Assembly: GCA_963822945.1 (NCBI GenBank)
Contig: CAWGJO010000025.1
Span: 1-64,000 of the forward strand
Direction: 5' to 3'
DNA length: 64,000 nucleotides
From: an uncultured Gemmatimonadaceae bacterium
GTDB lineage: Bacteria; Gemmatimonadota; Gemmatimonadetes; Gemmatimonadales; Gemmatimonadaceae
Positions 43,280 through 53,411 of this stretch are shown in pieces. The position numbers and the translations under genes were made by a program. Positions within the stretch are counted from its first letter, which is position 1; each line of letters starts with the position of its first letter. A model generated the notes under the pieces. The model searched no databases. It worked only from the letters and a program-made list of their open reading frames with translations, and was not told the DNA's origin.

Positions 43280-45570
43280 GCGCGTGGCCCGCAGACGCGA
43301 TCGAGTTCTTCGAGCCCCATCAGCACGTCGCGCGGCCGGCTCGATCCGGGCTCGGACTTGCCGATCACGCCGGCCGCTTCGAGCTGATCCATGATCCGCG
43401 CCGCCCGGCCGTAGCCGATCCCGAGCCGCCGTTGGAGGAGCGACGTCGACGCGCCCTGGTTGTGGATCACGGCTTCCCCCGCCTCCCGGAAGAGCTTGTC
43501 GCGGTCGCCGGCGTCGCTCGCCGGCTCTTCGTCCTTCCCGGCCTCGGCCGCCTCGCGCGCGCGGATGGCGGCGATGATGTCCTCCTCCGACGCCTCCTCG
43601 AGCCCCAGCCCCTGGGCCAGTCGCGCCTGCCGACGCGCCTCCGCCCGGGCCTCGTACCACTTCATGAGGTTCTCGGTGTCTTCGCTCGAGATGAACGCAC
43701 CCTGCAATCGCGCCGGCTCGGACTTGCCCGGTGGGATGAACAGCATGTCTCCGTTGCCGAGCAGCGCTTCGGCTCCCGCGCCGTCGATGATCGTCCGGCT
43801 GTCCACCTGCGAGGCGACCCGGAACGCGATCCGGCTCGGGAAGTTCGCCTTGATGAGCCCCGTAATGACGTTCACGCTCGGCCGCTGCGTGGCCAGCAGC
43901 AGGTGGATGCCGATGGCGCGCGCCTTCTGGGCCAGCATGGCGATCGGCCCCTCGACCTCGCCCTGCACCGTCATCATGAGATCGGCCATCTCGTCGATGA
44001 CGATCACGATGTACGGCAGGACGTCGTCCGTGTAGTCGAGATTCTCGAACGCCACGTCCTCCTGTTTGGGATGCTTGAGCGGCACGCCGTCCTGCAGGCG
44101 CTTGTTGAACTCCTGGATGTTCCGGCACCCGTTGGCGGCGAGAAGCCTGTACCGGTCCTCCATCTCGTGCTTGGCCCAGTGCAGCACCGAGGCGGCGTCC
44201 CGATTGTCGGTGACCACCTTGTGCCGCAGGTGCGGCAGCGTGTTGTACACCGACAGCTCGACCATCTTCGGATCGATCATCAGCAGACGCAGCGTGCGAG
44301 GCGTGTGCCGGTACACCAGACTGGTGATGATCGTGTTCACGCACACCGACTTGCCCGAGCCCGTCGCGCCGGCAATCAGCAGATGCGGCATCTTGGCGAG
44401 ATCGGCGATCACCGGCTTCCCCTCGAGATCCTTGCCCAGCGCCACCGGCAGCGCGGCCCGCGCGTTCTGAAATTCGCGGGCCTCGATCAGCTCGCGGAAG
44501 GCAACGATCTCCGACGTGGGGTTCGGGACCTCGACACCCACGGCGCCGCGGCCGGGAATGGGCGCCACGATGCGGATGCTCTGCGCCCGCATCGCGAGCG
44601 CCAGGTCGTTGGCCAGGTTCGCGAACTGCCGCACCTTCACGCCCGGCGCCGGCTCGATCTCGAACTGCGTCACCACGGGCCCCGTGGTCCGCCCCACCAG
44701 CTCTCCGTCCACCCGGAACGTCCGCAGCGCCTCGATGAGCTTCTGCCCCATCTCGTCGAGGTCGCGCCGCCCCCCGTCGCCCACGCGCTCGGGTGGAGGG
44801 GTGAGCAGTTCGGGCGTCGGAAGTTCATCGGCCAACGCCGATTCCGGCGAGATGGCCGACGCGTCGATCTCGGCGCGGATCTGTTCCTCCCGGCGCGCGG
44901 CGGCTTCGCCCTTGCTCCCCCGCCGGCCCCGCTTCCTCGACGGCGCCGCCATGCTCGCCTCGGGCTCCGGAGCCTCCGGCTCGATGCCCGGCATCTCGTC
45001 GGGCGAGGGCTCCAACGCCAGCGCCCGATCGGCCTTGCGCCGCGCCGCCGCACCGTCCGTCCCGTGCTGCGCGCCGACCAGCGCGCGCACCGGATTCCAG
45101 GCCAGGGTGGCGGCCATCAGCCCCGAGACGGCAAGCGCCACCACGATCCACGCGCCGAGGTCACCGAACCAGGCGCGCCAGTACGAGGCGACGAAGGCGC
45201 CCCAGAGGCCCGACGCCGCCGTGTACCCGTCCCCCATCCGAAGCCCCGAGCCCAGCGCCACCACCGCCGGGAGCAGGAGCACCAGGCCGGCGAGGAAGAT
45301 CATCCACGAGCGGTCGGTGTCCGAACGCAGCCGGCCGAACACGCGCAGGGCATGCACCATCGGCACGAACGGCACGAGCAACGCGCCGGGCCACCCCAGC
45401 AGCAGCACGAGCGGCCGCGCCAGGTGCGCGCCGACCCAGCCCACGTTGGCCCGCACGTCCACCCCCGAACGGAGTTGCGCCAGCCCGAGCACCAGCAACG
45501 CGCCCGCCAGGAAGACGCCGAGCAACAGGAGGGCGATTGCCGTCAGCTCGCGTCTGAGCGAGTCGCGCAC
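43276..45570 (-). CDS. ftsK: DNA translocase FtsK
   Basis: N-terminal TM segments, MPHLLIAGATGSGKS, IDPKMVEL, ATQRPSV, gamma domain LQRRLGIGYGRAAR. Confidence 0.96.
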   Translation of the reverse strand: MRDSLRRELTAIALLLLGVFLAGALLVLGLAQLRSGVDVRANVGWVGAHLARPLVLLLGWPGALLVPFVPMVHALRVFGRLRSDTDRSWMIFLAGLVLLLPAVVALGSGLRMGDGYTAASGLWGAFVASYWRAWFGDLGAWIVVALAVSGLMAATLAWNPVRALVGAQHGTDGAAARRKADRALALEPSPDEMPGIEPEAPEPEASMAAPSRKRGRRGSKGEAAARREEQIRAEIDASAISPESALADELPTPELLTPPPERVGDGGRRDLDEMGQKLIEALRTFRVDGELVGRTTGPVVTQFEIEPAPGVKVRQFANLANDLALAMRAQSIRIVAPIPGRGAVGVEVPNPTSEIVAFRELIEAREFQNARAALPVALGKDLEGKPVIADLAKMPHLLIAGATGSGKSVCVNTIITSLVYRHTPRTLRLLMIDPKMVELSVYNTLPHLRHKVVTDNRDAASVLHWAKHEMEDRYRLLAANGCRNIQEFNKRLQDGVPLKHPKQEDVAFENLDYTDDVLPYIVIVIDEMADLMMTVQGEVEGPIAMLAQKARAIGIHLLLATQRPSVNVITGLIKANFPSRIAFRVASQVDSRTIIDGAGAEALLGNGDMLFIPPGKSEPARLQGAFISSEDTENLMKWYEARAEARRQARLAQGLGLEEASEEDIIAAIRAREAAEAGKDEEPASDAGDRDKLFREAGEAVIHNQGASTSLLQRRLGIGYGRAARIMDQLEAAGVIGKSEPGSSRPRDVLMGLEELDRVCGPRA

Positions 45571-45572
45571 GG

Positions 45573-46319
45573 TCAGCCGCCCCGCGCGGGCGTCCGGCGC
45601 GTGATCTGCCGGTCCTGGTACACCGGCACTACCGGCGAGGTATCGAGCGTGGCGCAGGCCACGAGGTCCGCGGCGAAGCCGGCCTCGGCCAGCGCCTGAC
45701 CGTGGCGCGACGTCTCGAACAGCCCCCACAGGTCGTCCCCGTACTTGCGATGCACCTGCACCGCGGCCAGGGCGGCGTCGTTCAGGCGCACGTCCTGGAG
45801 CCGCCGCGTGGCGTGATGGACGAACCGCCCCGCGCAGGCCGCGTCCTCCAGCGAGAACTGCCCCTCGTGTCCGGCGCAGATGAAGGCCAGATCGGTGCCC
45901 TTGCGCAGCACGCCGCGCATCACCTCGAGCACGGCGGAGAAGTTGACGAACGCGGCGACGAGGACTTCGCGCGCACCCTGCGTCGCCGCGAAGGCGCCGG
46001 TCCCGTTGGTCGTCGTCATCAGCACCGTGCGCCCCTCGACGGCCTCCGCCGTGAACTCCACGGGTGAGTTGCCGAGATCGAACCCCTCGATCTTGCGCAT
46101 CCGGCGTTCGCCGGCCAAGCGCACGTCGTCGCGCTCGAAGGACTTGGCCCGCATCAGCACCGCGTCCGAACTCTCACCGGGCACGACCGCCCGCGCGCCG
46201 TTCGTCAGCGCGGCCACGATCGACGACGACGCCCGCAACACGTCCAGCACCGCGACCACCCGGCCCGCGACGTCTCCCGGCCCGATCTCGCGCGCCGTGA
46301 AGAAGACGTCGACGCGCAT
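45573..46319 (-). CDS. comB: 2-phosphosulfolactate phosphatase (ComB family)
   Basis: DVLRASS, GERR, GNSP, TTTNGT, SLEDAACAG. Confidence 0.9.
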   Translation of the reverse strand: MRVDVFFTAREIGPGDVAGRVVAVLDVLRASSSIVAALTNGARAVVPGESSDAVLMRAKSFERDDVRLAGERRMRKIEGFDLGNSPVEFTAEAVEGRTVLMTTTNGTGAFAATQGAREVLVAAFVNFSAVLEVMRGVLRKGTDLAFICAGHEGQFSLEDAACAGRFVHHATRRLQDVRLNDAALAAVQVHRKYGDDLWGLFETSRHGQALAEAGFAADLVACATLDTSPVVPVYQDRQITRRTPARGG

Positions 46320-47675
46320 CTACGTGGGCTCCTTCATCAAGTCCGTTTCGCGCTCCAGGAACTTGGTGTCGACCTCGCCGGCCTGGAACCGCGGATTGTC
46401 CATGACGCGCGCCAGGAAGGGGATCGTCGTCGTCACGCCTTCGATGATGAACGCTTCGAGGGCGACCCGCACACGGACGATCGCCTCGGCGCGGTCGCGC
46501 CCCTGGCAGATCAGCTTGCCCAGCAGGGAGTCGTAGTACGGGGGCACGTTGTACCCCGCGTATACGTGCGAATCGAGCCGCACGCCGGGGCCCCCGGGCG
46601 GATGGAAGGCCTCGATCCGCCCCGGCGAGGGCTGGAAGTTGCGCGCCGGGTCCTCGGCGTTCACGCGCACTTCGATCACGTGGCCGCGCAGTGGCGGCAG
46701 CTCGAGCACGGACAACGGTTCCCCCGCCGCCACGCGGATCTGCTCCTTCACGAGGTCCACGCCGGTGATCATCTCGGTGACCGGATGCTCGACCTGGATA
46801 CGCGTGTTCATCTCCATGAAGTAGAACGACCCATCGGTGTCGAGGAGCATCTCGATGGTGCCCGCCCCCACGTAATCGATGGCCTTGGCCCCCGCCACGG
46901 CCGCGGCGCCCATGCGCGCCCGGAGCTCCGGGGTCACCGCCGGGCTCGGCGATTCCTCGATCAGCTTCTGGTGGCGCCGTTGCACGGAGCAGTCGCGCTC
47001 GCCCAGATGGATCACGTTCCCGTGCTGGTCACCGAGGATCTGGAACTCGATGTGGCGCGGGCGGGCCAGGTACTTCTCCACGTACACGTCGCCGTTGCCG
47101 AACGCACTCAGCGCTTCCGAGCGCGCCAGCCCGAACGACCGCGCGAAGTCGTCGGCGTCCTTCGCCACGCGCATGCCCTTGCCGCCGCCGCCCGCCGCCG
47201 CCTTGATGATGACCGGGAACCCGATCTCCTTGGCGAACTCGAGCGCCTCGTCCACGTCCTCCACCGGCCCGGGGGTGCCGGGCACGATCGGCACGCCGAC
47301 TTCGGTCATCGCCTTGCGCGCGGCTGCCTTGTCGCCCATCACGCGGATCTGCTCCGCCGTGGGACCGATGAACGCGATGTTCGAGGCCACACACGTCTCG
47401 GCGAACTCCGCGTTCTCGGCCAGGAAGCCGTACCCGGGGTGGATGGCGTCGGCGCCGGTGATCTCGGCGGCGGCAATGAGGCGTGGGATGCGCAGATAGG
47501 AATCGCGGGCCGGCGCCGGTCCGATGCACACGTCGTCGTCCGCGAACCGCACGTGTAGCGATTCGCGATCCGCTTCGGAGTAGACCGCGACCGTCTCGAC
47601 GCCCAGCTCCTTGCAGGCGCGAATGACGCGGAGCGCGATCTCTCCGCGATTGGCGATGAGTACCTTCTTAAACAC
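46320..47675 (-). CDS. accC: Acetyl-CoA carboxylase biotin carboxylase
   Basis: [38 protein letters not shown]. Confidence 0.97.
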   Translation of the reverse strand: MFKKVLIANRGEIALRVIRACKELGVETVAVYSEADRESLHVRFADDDVCIGPAPARDSYLRIPRLIAAAEITGADAIHPGYGFLAENAEFAETCVASNIAFIGPTAEQIRVMGDKAAARKAMTEVGVPIVPGTPGPVEDVDEALEFAKEIGFPVIIKAAAGGGGKGMRVAKDADDFARSFGLARSEALSAFGNGDVYVEKYLARPRHIEFQILGDQHGNVIHLGERDCSVQRRHQKLIEESPSPAVTPELRARMGAAAVAGAKAIDYVGAGTIEMLLDTDGSFYFMEMNTRIQVEHPVTEMITGVDLVKEQIRVAAGEPLSVLELPPLRGHVIEVRVNAEDPARNFQPSPGRIEAFHPPGGPGVRLDSHVYAGYNVPPYYDSLLGKLICQGRDRAEAIVRVRVALEAFIIEGVTTTIPFLARVMDNPRFQAGEVDTKFLERETDLMKEPT

Positions 47676-47740
47676 CGATATCTCGAGTCGAAGTCCGACG
47701 ACGGCTGCGGCGAGCGTCGGTAGTCATGGGCCGCCGGCGA

Positions 47741-48919
47741 TCAGCTCGCCGACTCGCCCTCGAAGGGCGACCAGCTGGTGTCGCTCGTCCCCGCCACCCC
47801 CTGCACGCGCAGCGCGAATTCACTGGGACTGGTGGCGTAGAAGAGGGCGCTCTCGTACGACACGATGCCGCGCGTGTAGTGCTGCATCAGCGACTGGTCG
47901 AAGCTCTGCATCCCGTACTGCACCGTGCCTTCCTTGATCAGCTCGGGAATGTTCAGCGTCTTGGACATGTCGCGGATCTGGTCGCGCACCGTCGCCGTAT
48001 TGATCAACACCTCGGCGGCCGGAATGCGGCCCGGCTTGTCCGAGCGCGGCACCAGCCGCAGGGAAATCACGGCCTGCAGGGCACTCGCGAGGGAAAATCG
48101 CACCTCGGCCTGCTGGTGCGGCGGGTAGAACGACAGCACGCGGTTGATCGTCTGCGTCGCGTCGGTGGTGTGCAGCGTCGAGAACACCAGGTGCCCGGTG
48201 TCGGCCGCCTTCAGCGCCGTATCGAGCGTGTCGAGGTCGCGGATCTCGCCGATCAGGATGACGTCGGGGTCCTGCCGCAGCACGCGCCGCAAAGCCTGCG
48301 AGAAGTTGGACGTGTCGGTGCCCACCTCGCGCTGGTTGATGTGGCAGCTGATGTCCCGATGCAGGAACTCGATCGGGTCCTCGATCGTGATGATGTTCGC
48401 CTTGCGATGTTCGTTGATGTGCTGGATCATCGCCGCCAACGCCGTGGACTTCCCGGACCCCGTAATCCCGGTCACGAGCACCAGCCCGCGGGGTTTGAGG
48501 GCGATCTCCTTGAGCACCGGCGGCAGGTTGAGCTCCTCGATCGTGCGCGCCTGGTACGGAATCGCGCGCATGGCGAAACAGAGCGAGCCGCGCTGCTGGT
48601 ACACGTTCACGCGGAAGCGCCCGATCCCCGGCACGCCCACCGCGAAGTCGCACTCCTTCTCCTCCGAGAACAGCTTCACCTGCCGGGCCGTCATCAACTG
48701 CTCAGCCAGCGTCTTGAGATCTTCGGGCCGGAGCGCCGGTTGATCCATCGGCTCCAGGTCGCCGTTCACGCGCAGCGTCGGCGGCCGCCCCACCTTGAGA
48801 TGCAGGTCGGAAGCCCCGCGCCGGACCAGTTGCTCGAGCACGGTCTTGAAGTGGAACGCGGCCGCGGGCGCGTTGGTACCCTCGCCCGGTGCCTGGTTCG
48901 GAGCAGCGGGTTTAGCCAT
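47741..48919 (-). CDS. pilT: Type IV pilus retraction ATPase (PilT/PilU family)
   Basis: [53 protein letters not shown]. Confidence 0.93.
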   Translation of the reverse strand: MAKPAAPNQAPGEGTNAPAAAFHFKTVLEQLVRRGASDLHLKVGRPPTLRVNGDLEPMDQPALRPEDLKTLAEQLMTARQVKLFSEEKECDFAVGVPGIGRFRVNVYQQRGSLCFAMRAIPYQARTIEELNLPPVLKEIALKPRGLVLVTGITGSGKSTALAAMIQHINEHRKANIITIEDPIEFLHRDISCHINQREVGTDTSNFSQALRRVLRQDPDVILIGEIRDLDTLDTALKAADTGHLVFSTLHTTDATQTINRVLSFYPPHQQAEVRFSLASALQAVISLRLVPRSDKPGRIPAAEVLINTATVRDQIRDMSKTLNIPELIKEGTVQYGMQSFDQSLMQHYTRGIVSYESALFYATSPSEFALRVQGVAGTSDTSWSPFEGESAS

Positions 48920-49415
48920 TGGGGTCGATCCGGAACAGCGCCTGTCCGTACTCCACCGGCTGCGAGTCCTCGACGAGGATCTCCTTGATCACACCGGCAT
49001 ACTCGGACTCGATCTCGTTCATGATCTTCATGGCTTCGATGATGCAGAGGATCTGCCCCTTCGCCACGCGCGTGCCCACGGCGACATAGGGTTTGGCCCC
49101 GGGCTCCGGCGCGTGATAGTACGTCCCGACCATCGGCGACTTCACTTCCAGACCGGCCGGCGCCGGCGCTTTCGGCGCGGGCTCCGCCTCCGGCGCCACG
49201 GCCGGCATTCCCTGCGGCGGGGTCAGTCGGACGTCACCGGGGCCCGCCATCATCGATGGCATCTGCACCGGCGCTGTCATCTGCACGGTGCCGCGCTGCG
49301 ACGGCGACTTGGAGATCCGGATCTTGAGCCCCTTGTCCGAGGAGATCTCGATCGAGTCCACCGTGGAACCGTCGATGATGTCGATGAGCTTTTTTACGTA
49401 GCGAAGGTCGATCAT
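48912..49415 (-). CDS. accB: Biotin carboxyl carrier protein
   Basis: [15 protein letters not shown]. Confidence 0.97.
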   Translation of the reverse strand: MIDLRYVKKLIDIIDGSTVDSIEISSDKGLKIRISKSPSQRGTVQMTAPVQMPSMMAGPGDVRLTPPQGMPAVAPEAEPAPKAPAPAGLEVKSPMVGTYYHAPEPGAKPYVAVGTRVAKGQILCIIEAMKIMNEIESEYAGVIKEILVEDSQPVEYGQALFRIDPNG

Positions 49416-49446
49416 AGAATCGTGGATATGGCGCGAACGGTCCGCC

Positions 49447-50535
49447 CTACACCAGCTCGAGCAACTCGCGCGGAAATTCGGTCAGAATACGAGTGTTCTC
49501 CGGGCCCAGCCACACATCATCTTCTATCCGTACTCCACCCCACCCCGCCCGGTACACCCCGGGCTCGATGGTCACCACCGCACCAACAGGAAGAACCTGC
49601 TCGTTGGTCCGGGCAAGCCGCGGCGCTTCGTGCACCTCCAGCCCGATCCCGTGGCCCAGGCTGTGGCCGAACAGCTCCCCGAGGCCGTGCCGCTCAATGT
49701 AGCTCCGAGCGACCGCGTCGGCATCCCGCCCCGTCATCCCGGCGTGGACGGCGGCCGATGCGGCCTCGTTCGCACATCGCACCACCTCGTAGACCTCGCG
49801 CTGCTCGTCCGTCGCACGCCCGACCACCACGGTCCGCGTCACGTCCGAGCAATACCCCTCCACCACCGCCCCGAAGTCGAACAGCAGGAAGTCCCCCGTC
49901 TGCACGCGGTGCCCCGTAGGTTGGGCGTGCGGCAGCGCGGCGCGCGCCCCCGAGGCGATGATCGTGGCAAACGCGAATCCCTCGCTTCCCTCGTCCCGCA
50001 GCGCATGCTCCAACGCCCCGGCCACCTCCAACTCGCTCATCCCGGCGCGAACGCCTTCGAGCGTGCGCGCCAGCGCGCGGATGGCGACGCCGGCGGCCTT
50101 TTCGATCAGCGCCACCTCCGACGCATCCTTGCACTCCCTGAGCCGCTCCACCAGATCCGCCGTCGGCCGCCACTGCCACTGGCTTCCCGCGCCCTGTAGC
50201 CGCTGGAAGTCCCGGTGGGGCATGTGCGCCGCTTCGAACCCCACGAGCTTCATCCCCCGAAACCCGGCCAACTGCTGCCAGAGCGACGTCCACAGGCTGA
50301 CCGGGTCGATCACCACCCGCGCGAGATCCCCGACCTCCTCCACCACCTGCGTCTGATAGCGGAAATCGGTGATCAATACCGTTTCAGCGGGCGTGACCAC
50401 CACCAACGCGCTCGAGCCCGAGAACCCGGTGAGGTACCGGATGTTCGGAAGACTCGTGACGAGCAGGCCGTCGAGCCCCTCGGCCGCCACGGCGTCGGAG
50501 AGCGCGGACAGGCGCCGCGGACGAGAGTCACCCAC
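49447..50535 (-). CDS. Xaa-Pro peptidase (M24B, PepQ/YqhT-like)
   Basis: [35 protein letters not shown]. Confidence 0.93.
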   Translation of the reverse strand: MGDSRPRRLSALSDAVAAEGLDGLLVTSLPNIRYLTGFSGSSALVVVTPAETVLITDFRYQTQVVEEVGDLARVVIDPVSLWTSLWQQLAGFRGMKLVGFEAAHMPHRDFQRLQGAGSQWQWRPTADLVERLRECKDASEVALIEKAAGVAIRALARTLEGVRAGMSELEVAGALEHALRDEGSEGFAFATIIASGARAALPHAQPTGHRVQTGDFLLFDFGAVVEGYCSDVTRTVVVGRATDEQREVYEVVRCANEAASAAVHAGMTGRDADAVARSYIERHGLGELFGHSLGHGIGLEVHEAPRLARTNEQVLPVGAVVTIEPGVYRAGWGGVRIEDDVWLGPENTRILTEFPRELLELV

Positions 50536-50968
50536 GCGCGTTCAGGTGGGAGACCAGTCCGCGCAGGCCCAGTTCGTAGCCGAGCACACCCAGTCCGCAT
50601 ACGACGCCGACCGCCGCCGGCGCCAGCATCGAATGCCGGCGCTCCCGTTCACGCGCAAACACGTTTGTGATATGCACCTCGACGAACGGCACCTCCACGC
50701 CCACCAGCGCGTCACGAATGGCGAGGCTGGTGTGGCTGTACGCGCCGGCATTCACCAGCGCCCCGTGCACCCGGCCCCGCCACTGATGGATGGCGTCCAC
50801 CAGCGCACCCTCCCCGCTGTGCTGCGCAAACTCGACTTCCAGGCCCATCGTGTGGCCCAGTTCACTCAGGTGGCGCTCGACGTCGCCCAGCGTGTCGTGG
50901 CCGTACAACTGGGGTTCACGTGTGCCAAGCAGGTTCAGATTTGGCCCGTTGAGGACGGCGATTCTCAC
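50528..50968 (-). CDS. aroQ: Type II 3-dehydroquinate dehydratase
   Basis: LNGPNLNLLGTREP, EVHITN. Confidence 0.96.
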   Translation of the reverse strand: MRIAVLNGPNLNLLGTREPQLYGHDTLGDVERHLSELGHTMGLEVEFAQHSGEGALVDAIHQWRGRVHGALVNAGAYSHTSLAIRDALVGVEVPFVEVHITNVFARERERRHSMLAPAAVGVVCGLGVLGYELGLRGLVSHLNARG

Positions 50969-53241
50969 CGCTTCTTCAATCCGTCTAGCCACGAGTTGAA
51001 CTGTTCGATGTCGTCGTCGGCAGACTCGGACGGCTGCCCCAATGGAGGCGTTTCCGTGATCGACGACCCCATGGCAGGCGTCGGGTTCGCGAAGAACTTG
51101 TCGAACGAGAAGCCGGGGGCGTCGGACGGAGAGGCGGAGGGCCGCTGCTCGCGGAACACGCTGTCGAGCGACAATTCCTCCGTCGCCCGGCGCGCCGGCG
51201 CGCCTTCCATCGTCGCCGGCGGAGTGTCGCCCTCTTCCGGCGGGGCGCCGTAGGCGCCGGCAAGCCCCTCGGCCGCCGCCTCATCCTCCTCGGACACCCC
51301 GGCAGAATCGAACATGAGATCGATGGATCCGCCCGGCGGCTCGGGTTCCGGCCCCGGTGCCTCTTCCGCGCTGGGGGCGGCGTCGAACGCCTCCGCCGTG
51401 CGTTCACCGGCGCCGTCATCGGCGGCGGGCGAGGTCTCCACCTCCGCCTCGTCGACGAGGTCGAATCCCCCGGCTGCTGATTCGTCGGCGACCGGCGTCT
51501 CTACGGCTTCGGTCTCTACGGCGACGACGGTCTCTTCGATGGTCTCTACGGCGACGACGGTCTCTTCGATGGTCTCTTCGGCCACGAACGCCTGCACCTC
51601 GATGTCCGCCACCGGGCTCGCCAGCTCATCGCCCTCATCCACCGTCTCCGCCGGTTCCGAGCCGATCCGGCTCCCGCCGGCCACATGGCCGCCGAGGGCC
51701 GCGAGGAACTCGCGAATGGACGGGCCCGTCGCGGCGGGGGGCGTGGTTGCCTCGGCCTCGGCCTCGGCCTCCGCCTCCGCCTCAGGAGCCGGTTCCGGCT
51801 CAGCCGCGGCCCCTGGCGCCGCCTCTGCCATGGGGGCGGCGGCGGCCTGGTCCACGGTCTGTCCGAACCCCTCGTCGGTCAGCAGGCCGGCGGGAGGCTC
51901 GATCACGAGGTCGTTCGTTTCCGTACTCTCCGGCCCACCCTCGGATGCGTGTTCCGCTTCGGGCGCACCCAGCCCCGATTCGAACGTGAACGACGACGCA
52001 TCGAGATCGGGCACTTCCTGCGCCGGCGGCACGGCGGCCGGCGTTGCGTCCACCGCGGCTTCCAACTCCGAAATCCGAGCCTGAAGGCCCGCGTCGTCGG
52101 GTCGCTGCGCGAGGAGTTGCCGGTACACCCGGAGCGCCTCATCCCGGTGCCCCTGCGAACGGTACAGTTCCGCCATCGTCTCGGTGGCGAACGGATCCAG
52201 GCCCGGCGCCGGTGGCGGGGTCGGCGCCGACGGTGGAGTGCTCTCCTGGGTGGCGAGTTCGAGATCGTCCAACGGGAACTCGTCGGCCGCCCCCTGCCAC
52301 TCCGACACGGGCTCCGAGGCGGGCTCCGGTTCCGGCTCCGGCTCCGGCTCCGACGAGGCTTCGGGCCATGGCGCGCCTGCGGCGTCTACAGCGGGCATCA
52401 GCAGGCCGTCATCCGCCCGCTCGATGTCGAAGCCCGTCGTTTCGAGCGAGGGACGCGGAGTGTCGCCACCCGGGGGAATCGGTTCGGCGGACGCGAGGTT
52501 CAGGTCATCGAGATCGAGCAACTCGTCGGCGGGAGGCGCCGAGGCCTCGGGTGGCTCCTGGTCCGTGCCAGCCGCGATCATCTCTGGCGGCTCCGCAGCC
52601 GCCTCCGGAGCGGCAGGGGCTGCCGGGGGCGGGGGCGGCGGAGACGCCACCACCGGCTCGGCGACGGGCGCCTCAGGCGCGGAAGTCGCCTGCGCTGCTT
52701 CCTCGACCGGAGCGTCCTCCGGGGGAGCAGCAGGTTCGGTCTCCGGCGGGGTGGAGCCGGTCAGCCCCTCCAGCGACACCGACTCCATGACGACGGTCCC
52801 GGTCGGCCCCGTGGCCGGCGGTTCGGCCGCCGGCGCCTGCGGCGCATTGGCCAGCTCCGTCAGCAGGGCCGAGATCTCGGCGTTCCGGGGATCGGCGTCG
52901 AGAACACGCTGGTACCACAGCCGCGCCGACGCCGGGTCGCCCAGGCCCCGCGCGATATCGCCCAGATACCGAAGCGCGATCAGGTTCTCCGGATCGAGGG
53001 TGAGGGCCGTGTCGAACACGACCTTGGCTTCGTCCAGTTGCTGCGCGTCGTACAGCGCCTGTCCGTACACGATATGGCCGCTCATGTGGCCCGGCTGCTG
53101 CGGGAGAAATTCCCGGCAGATGGCAATGGCCTGATCCGGATCACCCGCCTTCCGGTATTCGTTGGCGAGCGGAGCAAAGTACCGACGAGGGTTCTCGTCG
53201 AACTTCTTTTGCAGGTCGTCGATTCGGGCGGAATTCGCCAT
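50965..53241 (-). CDS. TPR protein with long acidic Pro/Ala/Glu-rich disordered region
   Basis: N-terminal TPRs (FAPLANEYRK), central TETMAELYRSQG TPR, C-terminal helix FNSWLDGLK. Confidence 0.85.
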   Translation of the reverse strand: MANSARIDDLQKKFDENPRRYFAPLANEYRKAGDPDQAIAICREFLPQQPGHMSGHIVYGQALYDAQQLDEAKVVFDTALTLDPENLIALRYLGDIARGLGDPASARLWYQRVLDADPRNAEISALLTELANAPQAPAAEPPATGPTGTVVMESVSLEGLTGSTPPETEPAAPPEDAPVEEAAQATSAPEAPVAEPVVASPPPPPPAAPAAPEAAAEPPEMIAAGTDQEPPEASAPPADELLDLDDLNLASAEPIPPGGDTPRPSLETTGFDIERADDGLLMPAVDAAGAPWPEASSEPEPEPEPEPASEPVSEWQGAADEFPLDDLELATQESTPPSAPTPPPAPGLDPFATETMAELYRSQGHRDEALRVYRQLLAQRPDDAGLQARISELEAAVDATPAAVPPAQEVPDLDASSFTFESGLGAPEAEHASEGGPESTETNDLVIEPPAGLLTDEGFGQTVDQAAAAPMAEAAPGAAAEPEPAPEAEAEAEAEAEATTPPAATGPSIREFLAALGGHVAGGSRIGSEPAETVDEGDELASPVADIEVQAFVAEETIEETVVAVETIEETVVAVETEAVETPVADESAAGGFDLVDEAEVETSPAADDGAGERTAEAFDAAPSAEEAPGPEPEPPGGSIDLMFDSAGVSEEDEAAAEGLAGAYGAPPEEGDTPPATMEGAPARRATEELSLDSVFREQRPSASPSDAPGFSFDKFFANPTPAMGSSITETPPLGQPSESADDDIEQFNSWLDGLKKR

Positions 53242-53279
53242 ATCTGGCCTCGAGCCGTCGGCGGGCGGTAGGAAAGCGA

Positions 53280-53358
53280 AGAATACATATCGCAGACAGT
53301 TCAAGTCAATCAGAAGTCACACGCCGACTTGATTTTAGGACCATCCACCCGGTAGCTT
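53280..53358. promoter_or_regulatory. Back-to-back divergent sigma70-type promoters
   Basis: Minus: TTGACT(53309-53304)-18bp-TATTCT; plus: TTGATT(53329-53334)-18bp-TAGCTT. Confidence 0.6.
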
Positions 53359-53411
53359 TTCCTGCTCTGCACCAGAGTCGCAACCATCGCTCGCTTCAGG
53401 AGTAACGCCGC

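Noticed and set aside
45573..46319. Coenzyme M biosynthesis implied by comB
   Set aside because: ComB-family phosphatases are widespread in bacteria, and no comA/C/D/E is in the window
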